Shown here one piece after another: positions 14,615 to 29,373 of a DNA stretch of 64,000 nt. Positions within the stretch are counted from its first letter, which is position 1. Each line of letters starts with the position of its first letter. The position numbers were made by a program, and so were the translations under genes. The DNA is from the human T2T-CHM13v2.0 reference genome, Homo sapiens, in assembly GCF_009914755.1 (NCBI RefSeq), contig NC_060925.1. One strand, written 5' to 3'. The notes beneath the pieces are model-generated. The model did not search any database and was not told the origin of the DNA. It saw nothing but the letters and a program-made list of their open reading frames with translations.

Positions 14615-14775
14615 CTCGCCGCACGCACGTCCCACACCTACAGGAAGAAACGGGGTATCCCGAGACCCAAGCGGCTAGCAGAGGGCGGCCCTGGCCGCTG
14701 CTGCCTGCCTTCAGCCCCCTACTCCCACGCCGTGGCTCCACGTGCCACCGAATCGCCCCAGCGCCAGCAACTCAC

Positions 14776-14917
14776 AGCTACTGCTCAACTTTTGATTGGG
14801 ACTTCCGCTTCCGGCGGCAAACCATACTTCCGGTTTGTCGTTGCTATAGGAACCGCTACGGCGTTTGAAAGTGTCCGGGTTGCTTAGGATCCCTACAGGT
14901 AGCGCCTCTGGATACAT
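14776..14917 (-). CDS. EBNA1BP2: Upstream coding exon of the long (361-aa) EBNA1BP2 isoform (MYPEALPVGILSNPDTFKRRSGSYSNDKPEVWFAAGSGSPNQKLSSS)
   Basis: ATG 14917; donor T|GTGAGT at 14776/14775; TAG acceptor before 14637; 142+23 nt = 55 codons in frame with MDTPP; 306+55 = 361 aa agrees with the isoform length I recall. Confidence 0.75.
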
Positions 14918-14949
14918 GCGTGGTCTGCTGACCCAGAGAGAAACGAAAG
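14826..14949 (+). other. CFAP57: Probable non-coding first exon of CFAP57 (start approximate)
   Basis: Donor AAG|GTGGGA at 14949/14950 upstream of the acceptor TTCAGCAG at 15235-15242; an alternative donor CAG|GTAGCG lies at 14898/14899; TSS inferred, not seen. Confidence 0.55.
14840..14853. promoter_or_regulatory. RFX X-box motif GTTGCTATAGGAAC
   Basis: Close match to the palindromic RFX consensus GTTNCCATGGNAAC, typical of ciliary gene promoters; weaker GTTGCTTAGGATC at 14879-14891. Confidence 0.75.
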
Positions 14950-15054
14950 GTGGGAGGGGGTACCTGGGGGTCGCCAGAAGGAGCTGGTAGCAGTGAGGGT
15001 ACAAAGGAAGAGGCAGAAAAAGGAGCCGCGGGGGTGGGGTGGCGCGGAGGAGGA

Positions 15055-15170
15055 CCCCGGGGGAGGGGAAAGGGGAGGGGAAAGGGGAGGGGCAAGGGGA
15101 GGGGAAAGGGGAGGGACAAGGGGAGGAGAAAGGGGAGAGACAAGGGGAGGAGCAAAGGGCGGGGAGGGCG
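15055..15170 (+). repeat. G-rich 12-bp tandem repeat (GGGGAGGGGAAA-like), G-quadruplex-prone
   Basis: About 8-9 degenerate copies, read directly. Confidence 0.85.
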
Positions 15171-15261
15171 TGTCCGGGCCGGGGGCGGGGTCGGAGCGGG
15201 GCGGTGCTCTCCACTCTGAAGCGCTGCCTTGGTCTTCAGCAGAACTCTTTGGCGGGAGATC

Positions 15262-15418
15262 ATGTCAGCCGTGGTAGCTCAGACGCTGCATGTATTTGGT
15301 CTTCGATCCCACGTGGCCAACAATATCTTCTACTTCGATGAACAGATCATTATATTTCCTTCAGGAAATCACTGTGTGAAGTACAATGTGGATCAGAAAT
15401 GGCAAAAATTCATTCCAG
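15262..15418 (+). CDS. CFAP57: CFAP57 coding exon 1 ([28 protein letters not shown]...KFIP)
   Basis: ATG at 15262; CAG|GTAAAA donor; 157 nt; recognised WDR65/CFAP57 N-terminus. Confidence 0.95.
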
Positions 15419-17043
15419 GTAAAACTTTTTCCATCCTGACATATACAGGAATGGTATGTGCCACATATAACCCCATAATCCCAGCATGATGATTGGAAAG
15501 AAAGATTTTGGCCAATTTGAATATATATGCAGTATTATAAATGTAGAGGAAATAAATGGCGACTTGTATTATGAAACTAGATTAATCAGTCACGCATATG
15601 TAGTTAAAATCACATATAAAATGTTAATTTAAAAGTACTTTTTTCACTGTAATTTCATGAAAATATGTTAAGAACCCCTCTTTTGGTGTCTTCAATATCA
15701 CTGCCTTTGTCATCACCAGAGCCACTTTTTGAGTTGTCTAACAGTTTTCCTGAGCACACCACCTTCATTATATCACCGTTTGAATCCAAGTGTGATGAAG
15801 ACACTGTAAACTTTATCCCAAGTCGCAAATAACCATTTGTATAGCATTACAGCCCTTATTTTTGTTCACAGTGGTCCTGTTAATGATATTCATTATTTCA
15901 ACAACCGAATCCATTTTCCCATTCTTTGTTGCATTGACACCTTTTATTGTGACATATACATACAAAAGAATGTACCCTACATATATGTCATATTTAAAGA
16001 ATTACAATAGAATGTAGATCTGTGAACCCAGCCACCCAGCATAGGAAACAGAATATTACCAGTTCTAGTGCTTCTCCCTGTATTCTGTGTCTTGCTGCAT
16101 CAGTTCAATGTCATGCTTTTGAGATTCACGCATCTCGATACATATAGCCAAGTTCATTTTATTGCTATGTAGTGTTCCATCATATGAATATAATGTCTCA
16201 AATATATGTATTCACTCTAATATTGAGGGACATTTGGGAAATAACAATCATTTGCTATTACAAACTATACTACTATAAACATTCTTGCATGCATATACAT
16301 TCATCTATTTGTGCAGATTCTCTAGGGCACACAGCCAGGACTAAAATTACTGAGCAATATGATAGTACCAATTTACACTCCCACTAGAAGTGCATAAGAG
16401 TTCTTATTCCTCAGCAACCCTGCCAACCCTTGGTATTGTCCAACTTCGTAATTTTTTGCTAACCCAATGGTTGAGAAAAGGAATTGTGGTTTTCGTTTGC
16501 ATTTTGCTATCATTAATGATGATGAGTATCTGTTTATGGGCTATTCCTATTTAGTCGTATGTTAAATGCCTTGTTCAAGTCTTTTACTTGTTTTTTACAG
16601 TTTGTTGTGCAGGATATTTTTGGGCAATTTTATTGATTTACATGCACAATTTATATATTCTGTATATCAATAATTTGTCAGATATATATATATGTCTTGC
16701 AAATAATTTCTTTCAGTTTGGGACATTTTTCTCCCATCTTACAAGTATCTTTTGATGGACAAAAATTATTAGTTTTAATAAAGTCAAATTTATCAACCAC
16801 ATAATATTCTGTTGGAATAAGCTGTATTAAATACAGTTGACTTTAATTTATTGATGTTTATTTCCAGCATATTTGCTAAATTGTTATTAATTCTAATGAT
16901 TTGTCTATAGATTATGCAGAGACTTCTACATAGACTATCATGTTATCTACAAATAACGATGACTTTCTTCCTTTTTCTTGTGTTACCTGTGCTGGTAAGC
17001 ACCTCCAGACAGTGTTGATTAGGGGCAATAAAAATGGACATCT

Positions 17044-17365
<322 letters not shown>

Positions 17366-17721
17366 TTAAATTATGGTTTTATACAGACAACATTAATTTA
17401 TATTTGCTCTCATACTTACCAAACTTTTTCCCACCATTACTCTTTCCAAATCAGATATTCCAGCTGGGATCATTTTCCTTCTGCATTTACTGATAATGTA
17501 TTAATAAATTCTCCCAGTTTTTGTCTGAAAATGACTTTATTTTATCCTCATTTCTGAAAGATAGTTTCAACAGGTGTGAAATTTTTATCAGCATATTATA
17601 GATCATATTCCATTGTGTTTTTTTGGCTTCTCTTTTGTTGCTGTGGTTAAGAAATTAGCTATCAGCATCGTCTTTCTGTAGATGATCTTTTTTTCTGGAT
17701 GTTTAATATCTTCTCTGTCTA

Positions 17722-17868
17722 TGGTGTGTGTGTGTATGTATCTATACACATACACCATATACATATATACGTATAAAATACACACCATATATACACACAC
17801 CATATACTATATGTACATGTATATATACATAGTATATATACATACATATAGATACACACACACACATC
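17722..17868. repeat. (TA/CA/TG)n compound microsatellite
   Basis: Read directly. Confidence 0.85.
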
Positions 17869-18001
17869 AGTATAGTTTTTATTTTCATTTTTTATCCTCC
17901 TAGGGATTACTTGAGATTCCTGGATCTAAGGACAGGTATCTTTTTTGTTCTGTTATCTCCTTCTGGAACTCCAAACCATCTCAACTCCATCCTTCACAGT
18001 T

Positions 18002-18316
18002 TTTTATTTTATTTTATTTTATTTTATTTATTTATTTTTTAAGAAACCAGGTCTCACTCTGTTGCCCAGGCTGGAGTGCACTGGCACAATCATAGCTCAC
18101 AGCAGTCTCAAACTCCTGGGCTCAAGCCATCCTCCCCACCTTAACCTCCTGAATAGCTGGGAATACAGGCATGCACCACCTTGACCAGCTAATTGTTTTT
18201 ATGGAGATGGGGTCTGGCTATGTTGCTGAGGCTGGTCTTGAACTCCTGAACTCAACTCGTCCTCCCACCTCAGCCTCCCAAGTAGCTGGGATTACAGGTG
18301 CAAGCCACCACACCTG
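18002..18316 (-). mobile_element. AluJ
   Basis: (TTTTA)n head, reverse consensus. Confidence 0.9.
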
Positions 18317-19059
18317 ACGTTCATGTTTTTGGGTTTTTTTTTTTTTGAACTCTTATTTGGATTTTTTATATCTTACTCTCTCTGTGTTGCATTCTAGATA
18401 ATTACTTTAGATGTATCTCGTAGTTCATTGCTTCTCTTTTCTGCTGCATCTAACTTAATGTTTAATGTATCCATTGAGATTTTACTTTCAGTTATTGTGC
18501 TCATATTCTTACACTTCTTACTGTATCACTTCTCTTCTGCTCCTAACTCCATCTTATATCACCAGGGGCCTTGTACACATGTGGGTGGATCCTTGCAGCC
18601 CATATGTTCAAATTCTACCCATATATTCTATAAGCAACCACCCTGTGCCCATCCTTCAGGCCCAGGTTGAGTAGAGACAGCCTGGGAAGAAACCCCCAAT
18701 GTTGGTCTTGTCAGCAGGCTCAAGACTATCTGAGCAGGGAACTCCAGAGTCCTGTGTACCTGCAACGTGATCTAGAAGAGGCAGGACAAACTCCAGGCAG
18801 CCACTGTATCCCACTTAATGGTAAGGGGTACAGCCAGAGAAAGACTCCGGGATGCTCTAAAATTTGAGGCCCAAGGGAGGATCTCCACTGACCAAGTCTA
18901 AGGGTATTACCGGTGAAGGGAAAAATATAAAGGTCATGACATTGGGAGACCTGGCTTTGATCTGGCTCCCCATTTTATAGGCTCACAGAGCCTCAGTCTC
19001 CTCATCTGTAAGATGCAGATGATGCTCAGCTTGTTCAGCTCAGAGTCATGATGAGGCTG

Positions 19060-20530
19060 AACATATTCATTTGTTCACTCAACAAAAATGTATTAAGTAC
19101 CCCCTGTGTTCCAGGCACAAAATAGACACGCACATATGCACATAAAATGCTGTCCTCACAGTGCTTCCATTCTAAGAGGGGAGAGTGACAAACAAAATAA
19201 AAAGAAGTACAGTCTACATGCTAGATAGTGATAGATGCTAATAAGAACAAACAAAGTATGGAAAGTGAAGCCGTTGGGGGAGTAAGAAGTTGTAGATAGG
19301 GAGGCTGGGGAGGGCTCACTGAGCAGTGATTTTTGAGTGAAGACTGAAGGAAAGGAAGGAGCTGGCTGTGCTGATGTGGGAGGGCAGGGGGAGTAGCCGA
19401 GAGACTAGCAAAGGCTCAGAGTTAGGAGGGTGCTTATTGTGTTGGAGGAATAGCTGGGAGGCCAGTGTGGCTGGAGTGGTAAGAACCGGGGGGTGAGGAG
19501 CAAGAGGGGAGGCAAAGAAAGAATGGGGAGCAACACCACAGAGGGGCTTGCAGTTCATGAGCTCTTACTCAGAGTCAAATGAGAAGCCATAAAGGGGTGC
19601 GTTCTGAGTGGCAACATGATCTGTGTTTCCTCAGGTTCATTCTGGCTGCTGTACAGAGGACAGATTTAAGGAGGAGAAAGAAAGGAAGCAGGGAGAACAG
19701 CTGAGGGATGATTGCTGTAATTCAGGTGAGAGATAATGGCACTTGGAGCAGGTAGAGGCAGGCGACAGGGTGGTGTGAAGAGATCAATAATGGATATGCT
19801 TTGACAGATTTCTTCATAGACACCATGTGGTGTGGAAGCAGGAAGAAGCAAGGTTTTGGGCCTGAGCATGGAAAGCATGGAGTTGCTGTTGATTGTGATA
19901 GAAAGGGCTAAAGAAGGAGCAGGTTGGTTTTGGACCTGTTAAGATTGATGTGCCTGCTAGATATTTTCATGGAGATGCTCAGTAAGCAGGTTGATTTCAG
20001 GTCTGGATTTAAGGGAGGGAAGTCCAGGCTAGGAAAGGAATTTGAGGGTCATCAGCCTAGAGGTGAAATGTAAAGCCCTTAGAGTAGATGAGACTTCCCT
20101 AGGGCAGTGGTCCCCAACCTTTCTGGCATCGGGGTAGGTTTCATGAAAAACAGTTTTTCCATGGACAGGATGGAGAGGGTATGGGGGATGGTTTCAGGAT
20201 GAAACTGTTCTGCCCCAGATCATCAGGCATTAGTTAAGATTCTCACAGAGAGCACACAATCTAGATCCCTCGCATGCACAGTTCACAACAGGGTTTGTGC
20301 TGCTATGAGAATCTAATGCCGCCACTGATCTGAGCTCAGGCGGTAATGCTTGCTCACCTCCTGCTGTGTAGCCCAGCACCGTGGGTTGGGGACCCCTGCC
20401 CTAGGGCATGAATATATTTACAAAAGAGAAGCAGCTGAAAGAGTGAGCTCTGAGCACTCCTGCATTTAGTGCTGGGGAAATGGGGAAGAATCAGCAAAAG
20501 AGGCTTTGGAGGAGTGGCCAAAAAGATCAC
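19060..20530 (-). mobile_element. L2 LINE fragment hosting the MER1B and L1PA insertions
   Basis: ATTCATTTGTTCACTCAACAAAAATGTATTAAGTACC (reverse complement of the L2 3' end) followed by a purine-rich degenerate body. Confidence 0.6.
20105..20398 (-). mobile_element. MER1B-type hAT element
   Basis: Terminal inverted repeats CAGTGGTCCCCAACC / GGTTGGGGACCCCTG; perfect 8-bp TSD CCCTAGGG at 20097 and 20399. Confidence 0.85.
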
Positions 20531-20545
20531 AGGATATCTATGTGA

Positions 20546-21809
<1,264 letters not shown>

Positions 21810-22413
21810 AGGATATCTATGTGAGAGGCGAAAATGTTTTAAGGAGGAGAGGCGAGGCATCAGCTGGGTCGAAACAATGCAAAAGCATTTTACAAACTCT
21901 AAAACCAGTCAACATATATCAAGAACATACTAAGTTCCAGACACTGGTGATTGAATGAATGAATGAATGAGCAAGAATGGCCTCTGCCCTCCAGGAGCTC
22001 TCAGTATTGTAGTGGAGGCAGGTTGTGTAATTCAAATGAGTAGGACTGTGCAAATGAGCTGGACAGATGCTATACCAGGTAGGAACCTGGCACAAAAGCA
22101 CAATAGGAGGGAGTGAGCAGTGTTCCTTTGCCTCATCTAGGCTATTACATACTCCTAGTTTTAACTTTCCCTTATGCTTTTTACCTCAAATCTGTATTTT
22201 CAGCCTCAACCCCTCCCGCCAGCTTTAGAACCATGTCCACCTGCTGGACCTCCGTACCCAACTGTTCCACAGAGTGTACCTCACACACAATATATCTGAG
22301 ATTGAGTTTATCTTTTCCTTTCTTCTCCCTCTCTTTGGGAAATGCAATCAGGGTCACATTATTGTTTTCGAGGGCTCTAGGTACTTTTGATTTCATGGCC
22401 CCCTCCTTCATTA

Positions 22414-22725
<312 letters not shown>

Positions 22726-23592
22726 ATATATATATTTTATATATATATATATAAAATATATATACACACATATATTATTTAAAAATATATGCAGTAATAT
22801 ACTTTATGACTGTATTGGTATAAAGAGGAATATAATCTAGGCTGGATTCACCATTATATATTCATGTTTTTTCTGATTTTCAAATAAATACTAAAACATT
22901 TTCCTAGGTCCTCAAAAGTATTGTGGGTCCTGGGCACTGTGTCTAGTGGATAAGTGGATGGTGGATACAGGCCCAGGGCAGGGAGCGTGAGTGAGGCAAG
23001 GGAGGATGAGCTAGAGAGTGATGTGACGGGTCCCCATGTGTTGGGCCCTCATGCTGCTGCTTCACAACACGCCAAGGAGAGATGCAGCAAGTTGCTCAGC
23101 AGGCGTGCATGCCCAGCCCATGGGAATTCTCTGGAAGGGATGCAGAGAGTAGCTGTGGCTCAGAGAAGATCCCAGGTTCTAGGTCACTGAGAGCCTTGCA
23201 CAAAAGTTTGGACTTCACCTGGGAGGCTGCTGAAAAATTTTAGGAAGGGTGAGTGCAAGGGAGGCTGAGGAATCCAGTAGTTGGCATCCCAACCTCTGGA
23301 GTAGAGGAGGAGTGATGAGCTAGCCACTCAGGGAATAAAGACCTCTATGGTCTGACCCTATTCCACCCCTTTAGGCCCATCTTTGGTCACCCCATCTCAC
23401 ATGCAATGCTCCAGCAACACCCACTGCTTGCAGTTCCCGCACTATGCTGTACCCTTTGTCACATCCACCCCGTGGCTCAAGCTCTTCCTGCTATCTACCA
23501 CCCAGCCCCCATCTCACCTCACCCCCTGCCCTCCTTCAGGAAGGTTTCCCTGACTTCTCCTCCCACCTCATCCTCCAAGGTGCCTGCCCTAG

Positions 23593-23885
<293 letters not shown>

Positions 23886-24047
23886 CCTAGTCATTTTCAT
23901 AATACCCAAACACAGCTATGCCAAGGCCGCCTTTCTTCTTTGTGTCCACCACTGTCCACTCCAGTGCCCACCACAGTGCCTGGTTCCTGTTGAACCCTGG
24001 TGAAAGTGTGATCTACCCTGATTATTTCCTTTTTCCTCTGTTTGCAG

Positions 24048-24364
24048 GCTCAGAGAAGAGTCAGGGCATGTTGGCCTTGTCCATCAGTCCCAATCGGCGG
24101 TACCTCGCTATCTCTGAGACTGTGCAAGAAAAACCTGCCATCACCATTTATGAATTGTCATCCATCCCTTGCCGGAAGCGCAAAGTTCTTAATAATTTTG
24201 ACTTCCAAGTTCAGAAATTTATTAGCATGGCTTTTTCTCCAGACTCCAAATACCTATTGGCTCAGACGTCACCTCCAGAGTCAAATCTTGTCTACTGGCT
24301 GTGGGAAAAACAGAAAGTAATGGCCATTGTTAGAATCGACACTCAGAACAACCCTGTCTACCAG
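24048..24364 (+). CDS. CFAP57: CFAP57 coding exon 2 ([24 protein letters not shown]...NPVYQ), WD40
   Basis: Polypyrimidine tract + CAG; CAG|GTACCT donor; 317 nt; WD-type [10 protein letters not shown] motif. Confidence 0.96.
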
Positions 24365-25386
24365 GTACCTAGTAGTGTGACAAGTATCGTGAAAATTATA
24401 AAAAATAGAACTACTTTTTATTGAATGTTTTCTGTGTACCACAGTTCTAATTTCCTCCATGCATTTTAAAATTTATTCTTACAACAACCGTATAAGGTAT
24501 GCACAATCATTATCCCCATTTTACAGATGAGAGAACTGAGGATCCAAGAGGTTAAGTAACTCACTCAAGATCACAGAGGTAGTGAATAGCAGAGCTAGGA
24601 GTTCCCCAACTCCAGCTCCTGTCTTCTCTACTCTGGCCCAGAACTGCTTTCTGGTCACAGGTTTGGCCCAGAAGTGGATTAATAAAACTTGCTTTCTCTC
24701 CCTGGTCCTAGCCTCTTTTTCCAGCAGCATTGCCGGGCAGTAGGAAGATTTCCGAAATGTGATGTAACATGGTAGGTCTTTAGGAAGCTGTTGCTGAAGT
24801 TGCAGTTATGTAAGGAACAGAACCTTCTATTGTGTCTCGAGGGCAAAAGGAAGAAGACCCCTCAGGAACCTGATTGATGGCTTAGGCAGGGGGTCCCAAG
24901 GAGGTTTGATCTTGGTTCACTCACCCTAGTCTAGGATCTAGCACTCAATTCCACAAGTTCAACGACTCAGTTGTGTTCATGTTCAGAGATTCTAGCTAAT
25001 CAGTGTCTCTGGCATAGACTCAATTATTCAACTCACAAGATACTGATGTGTAAACCAGCATATCACAACCAGAATGCTCACATCATTTATCCAGTGTATT
25101 CCCTTCCTAGTAATAGAGAAGTTGAGAGGTGAAATTATAATAGTAATCAGAAGGCTGCTGGGTGATTATTCCAGAATCAGACCAAAGGCAGGTAGAACCA
25201 GAAGGGTATTTCAACCAGGCCACAGTGAGGCCTGATGAAGGACCTCCTGCTCTGACTAGTAGATTCAGCAACCATTTATTGGATGCCCATGATGAATCCA
25301 GCACTGGGAAAACAGATGAAAAAGTCACAGCCCCTCAAGTTGCTCACTATATAGTCAGGACAGCAGGTTGACTGCCTATTACTGTA

Positions 25387-25676
25387 CAGGTAGTCCCCAA
25401 CTTACTATGGTTCAACTTAAAATATTCGTCTTTACAATGGTACAAGAGTGATATGCACTCAGGAGAAAGAGACCAAGTAATACGCTTTCATGATGCAGGG
25501 CAGCAGCTGCAGCCACAGCCCCCGGTCAGCCGCTCAATCACTAGGGTAACAACCAAGATACTCTACAGTGTGGTGCTGTGTGGCCACATGGCTTTGCCCA
25601 TTTTCAACTTATGGTGTTTTCACCTTATGATGGGTTTATCAGGACATGATCCCATTGTAAGTAGAGGAGCAGGTGT
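25387..25676 (-). mobile_element. MER47 / Tigger5-derived element
   Basis: TA-flanked TIRs CAGGTAGTCCCCAACTTAC / GTAAGTAGAGGAGCAGGTG; GATGGGTTTATCAGGAC. Confidence 0.65.
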
Positions 25677-26104
25677 ACATTGGGATAAGAGCTGTGATTG
25701 AAGGATGTTCAGTTGGTAGGAGACCACATAGCATCCCCTGACATGTGGTTTCTTTCCTCTTGGACAGGGCTATGTAAACCTATCAGACCCTCTTTTTCTG
25801 TGTTTCCAGCTGAGCTTTATTCCATTTTGTTGGCACTGGGTGTGGCTCTTGTCAAAAGCTGTTCATTCTGCTCTTTGGCCTTTGTAGATTTCCTAGTTTG
25901 ACTCCTAGTTGGACTCATATCCCTATAAATATAATGGATTATAGATGTGTGCCCTTATCAAATGCAGCATAAAGTTACATGATTTTGTGATGTTTTGGAG
26001 ATATTCTGAGCAGCCTGAAATAAATATTAATTTGTAAAATGGGAAATAATTCCATCAAGAATAGTTTCATAAATTTTTTTCTTCAATTCTCTCACATTTT
26101 ACAG

Positions 26105-26391
26105 GTGAGCTTCAGTCCACAGGATAACACTCAGGTGTGTGTCACTGGAAATGGGATGTTTAAGCTTCTCCGTTTTGCTGAGGGAACCCTGAAGCAAACC
26201 AGCTTTCAGAGGGGAGAACCCCAAAACTATCTAGCTCACACCTGGGTGGCTGATGACAAGATTGTCGTTGGCACTGACACAGGCAAACTCTTCCTCTTTG
26301 AATCTGGAGATCAGCGTTGGGAGACCAGCATAATGGTCAAGGAACCTACCGATGGCTCAAAGAGCCTGGATGTCATTCAGGAATCAGAGAG
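26105..26391 (+). CDS. CFAP57: CFAP57 coding exon 3 ([15 protein letters not shown]...IQESE)
   Basis: TTTTACAG acceptor, AG|GTAATG donor, 287 nt, frame continuous. Confidence 0.95.
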
Positions 26392-27250
26392 GTAATGGTG
26401 CTTCCTGGGCTGGTGCTCCCACATTCATTGTACTGACAGCATTATGCAGAAGACAGCACTCTTTAGAAACCACTCATAACCCCTCTACCGTAAAAGTCAA
26501 CTATGCCCATTTTCCCTCTTCCTCTCTAGTTTTCGTCTATATTTAAGCACAGATTTAACAGTTATAACCATAGACTAAATACAATTCTTTTTATTTTTTA
26601 TACCTAACCTCATTTTATAAACATTATAGTATTACTGGTCTTCAAAACTATAGTTTTTAGAAAATATATTTTCCAGTGGCTAATTTAATGAATTGATTCA
26701 TGTCCACCAAGCCCTTGTAGTATGCAAAAGGCATCTCTTGCTAGATGCTGGGGACACAAGTCCTCAAGGAACTTATAATTCAGCAGGAGGCGACAGACCA
26801 ACAAGTGCAAGGAAATGTTTTAGGTAAATCTGACAGAGGATAGGGGTAAAGTGCAATCTCAGGAAGGAGTGGTTATTGACCATTATAATAGAGATGCCAC
26901 GTTATCTCTATGACAACCAGTAAAAATCATATCTCCTGTGTATTGGAATGTACCGTTACATGCACCAGACACTGCTTTAAACATTTTATAAATATTCCCA
27001 ATTTGATTCTTACCCTGTATAGTTCATACTATTATCGTGCCCATTTTGTAGACAAGGAAACTGAGGATCAAAGAGGTAAGTGAACTACCCAAGATCATTC
27101 CGCTGATAAGTGGCAGGCTCAGGATTCAAACCCAGATCTCTCTGATGCCAGAGCCTGGGCCCTCAACCCCAATGACATCCTGTAGATTCTTCTTCCTCAG
27201 TAACCTTCAATCCACCCATTTTCACTACCATCCCCCCATGCCAATGGCAT

Positions 27251-27283
<33 letters not shown>

Positions 27284-27662
27284 GTGAGTATGTAGGAGCT
27301 TCCTGAAAAGTCTCTATAACCTTCTCCAGGAGCTGTGTTCACAGTCCTTCAGCTCTGGGGTCCAGGCCTCCCAGAACAAAGCCCAGACTTCTTGGTTTGG
27401 CCCAAGCATACCTGCGACTGTTTTCCTCTACAACTCTCGCCTCTGTCTACTCCACACGCCCCAAGCACTCTCTTGCTTCTAGGCTTGGCCATGTGCAGTT
27501 TGTGTACGGTTCCCAAGCCAAAGGGTAGTATTTGACTGTGGAAAAGGGGATCATTGGGTGGTTTCTGTCACACCCAGTGACAGCCTTCTTTCTCCTCCCC
27601 AGCAGAATTCATCTCCTCAAGATTGTCTCTATAAATTATGTATGCTGTTTTTTTGTTTCCAG

Positions 27663-27870
27663 CCTGATTGAATTTCCACCAGTCAGTTCTCCACTCCCTT
27701 CCTATGAACAGATGGTGGCGGCCAGTAGCCATAGCCAGATGTCCATGCCCCAGGTGTTTGCCATTGCAGCCTATTCAAAGGGATTTGCCTGTTCTGCTGG
27801 GCCAGGGAGAGTTCTGCTGTTTGAGAAGATGGAAGAAAAGGATTTTTACCGTGAGAGCAGAGAAATCAGG
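27663..27870 (+). CDS. CFAP57: CFAP57 coding exon 4 (LIEFPPVSS...RESREIR)
   Basis: TTTCCAG acceptor, AGG|GTAAGG donor, 208 nt. Confidence 0.95.
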
Positions 27871-28060
27871 GTAAGGCGGGAAGAAAAAAAAGAAGTAAAA
27901 TGGGGGTCCTATTGGCATTTGTTCCCCAGCAGCAGTTCTCTGAGAAGGCATCTGATGGGGAGGGATAGGGCAGGATTGCTGAGCAGAAATGGTGAAATGG
28001 TGACTCGAGATGTCTGTCCTGAGAGAGATTTTAGGATGAGGTGAACAGAATTAGAGTTTA

Positions 28061-29190
<1,130 letters not shown>

Positions 29191-29220
29191 TTACTGATAG
29201 CTGTTTTGCATCTTGGGCAG

Positions 29221-29373
29221 ATTCCTGTGGACCCGCAGAGCAATGATCCAAGTCAGTCTGACAAACAGGACGTTCTCTGCCTGTGCTTCAGCCCCTCAGA
29301 GGAAACTCTGGTTGCCAGCACCAGTAAGAACCAACTCTACAGCATCACCATGTCCCTGACAGAGATCAGCAAG
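29221..29373 (+). CDS. CFAP57: CFAP57 coding exon 5 (IPVDPQSND...LTEISK)
   Basis: CAG acceptor, AAG|GTGAGT donor, 153 nt. Confidence 0.95.

Larger units (their letters stand above)
14200..15320. promoter_or_regulatory. CpG island / bidirectional promoter of EBNA1BP2 and CFAP57
   Basis: High GC and CpG density; E-box CACGTG 14739-14744; CCAAT (ATTGG) 14795-14799; ETS/GABP ACTTCCG at 14801, CTTCCGG at 14808, ACTTCCGG at 14826; X-box 14840-14853; GC boxes ~15157-15203. Confidence 0.9.

Noticed and set aside
14856-15341. Gly/Arg/Pro-rich ORFs on both strands
   Set aside because: Stop-free frames of the G-rich minisatellite and CpG island; only 14776-14917 has splice support
27255-27283. Isolated ~29-nt poly-T tract
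   Set aside because: No attached retroelement body or clear TSD; treated as a simple homopolymer
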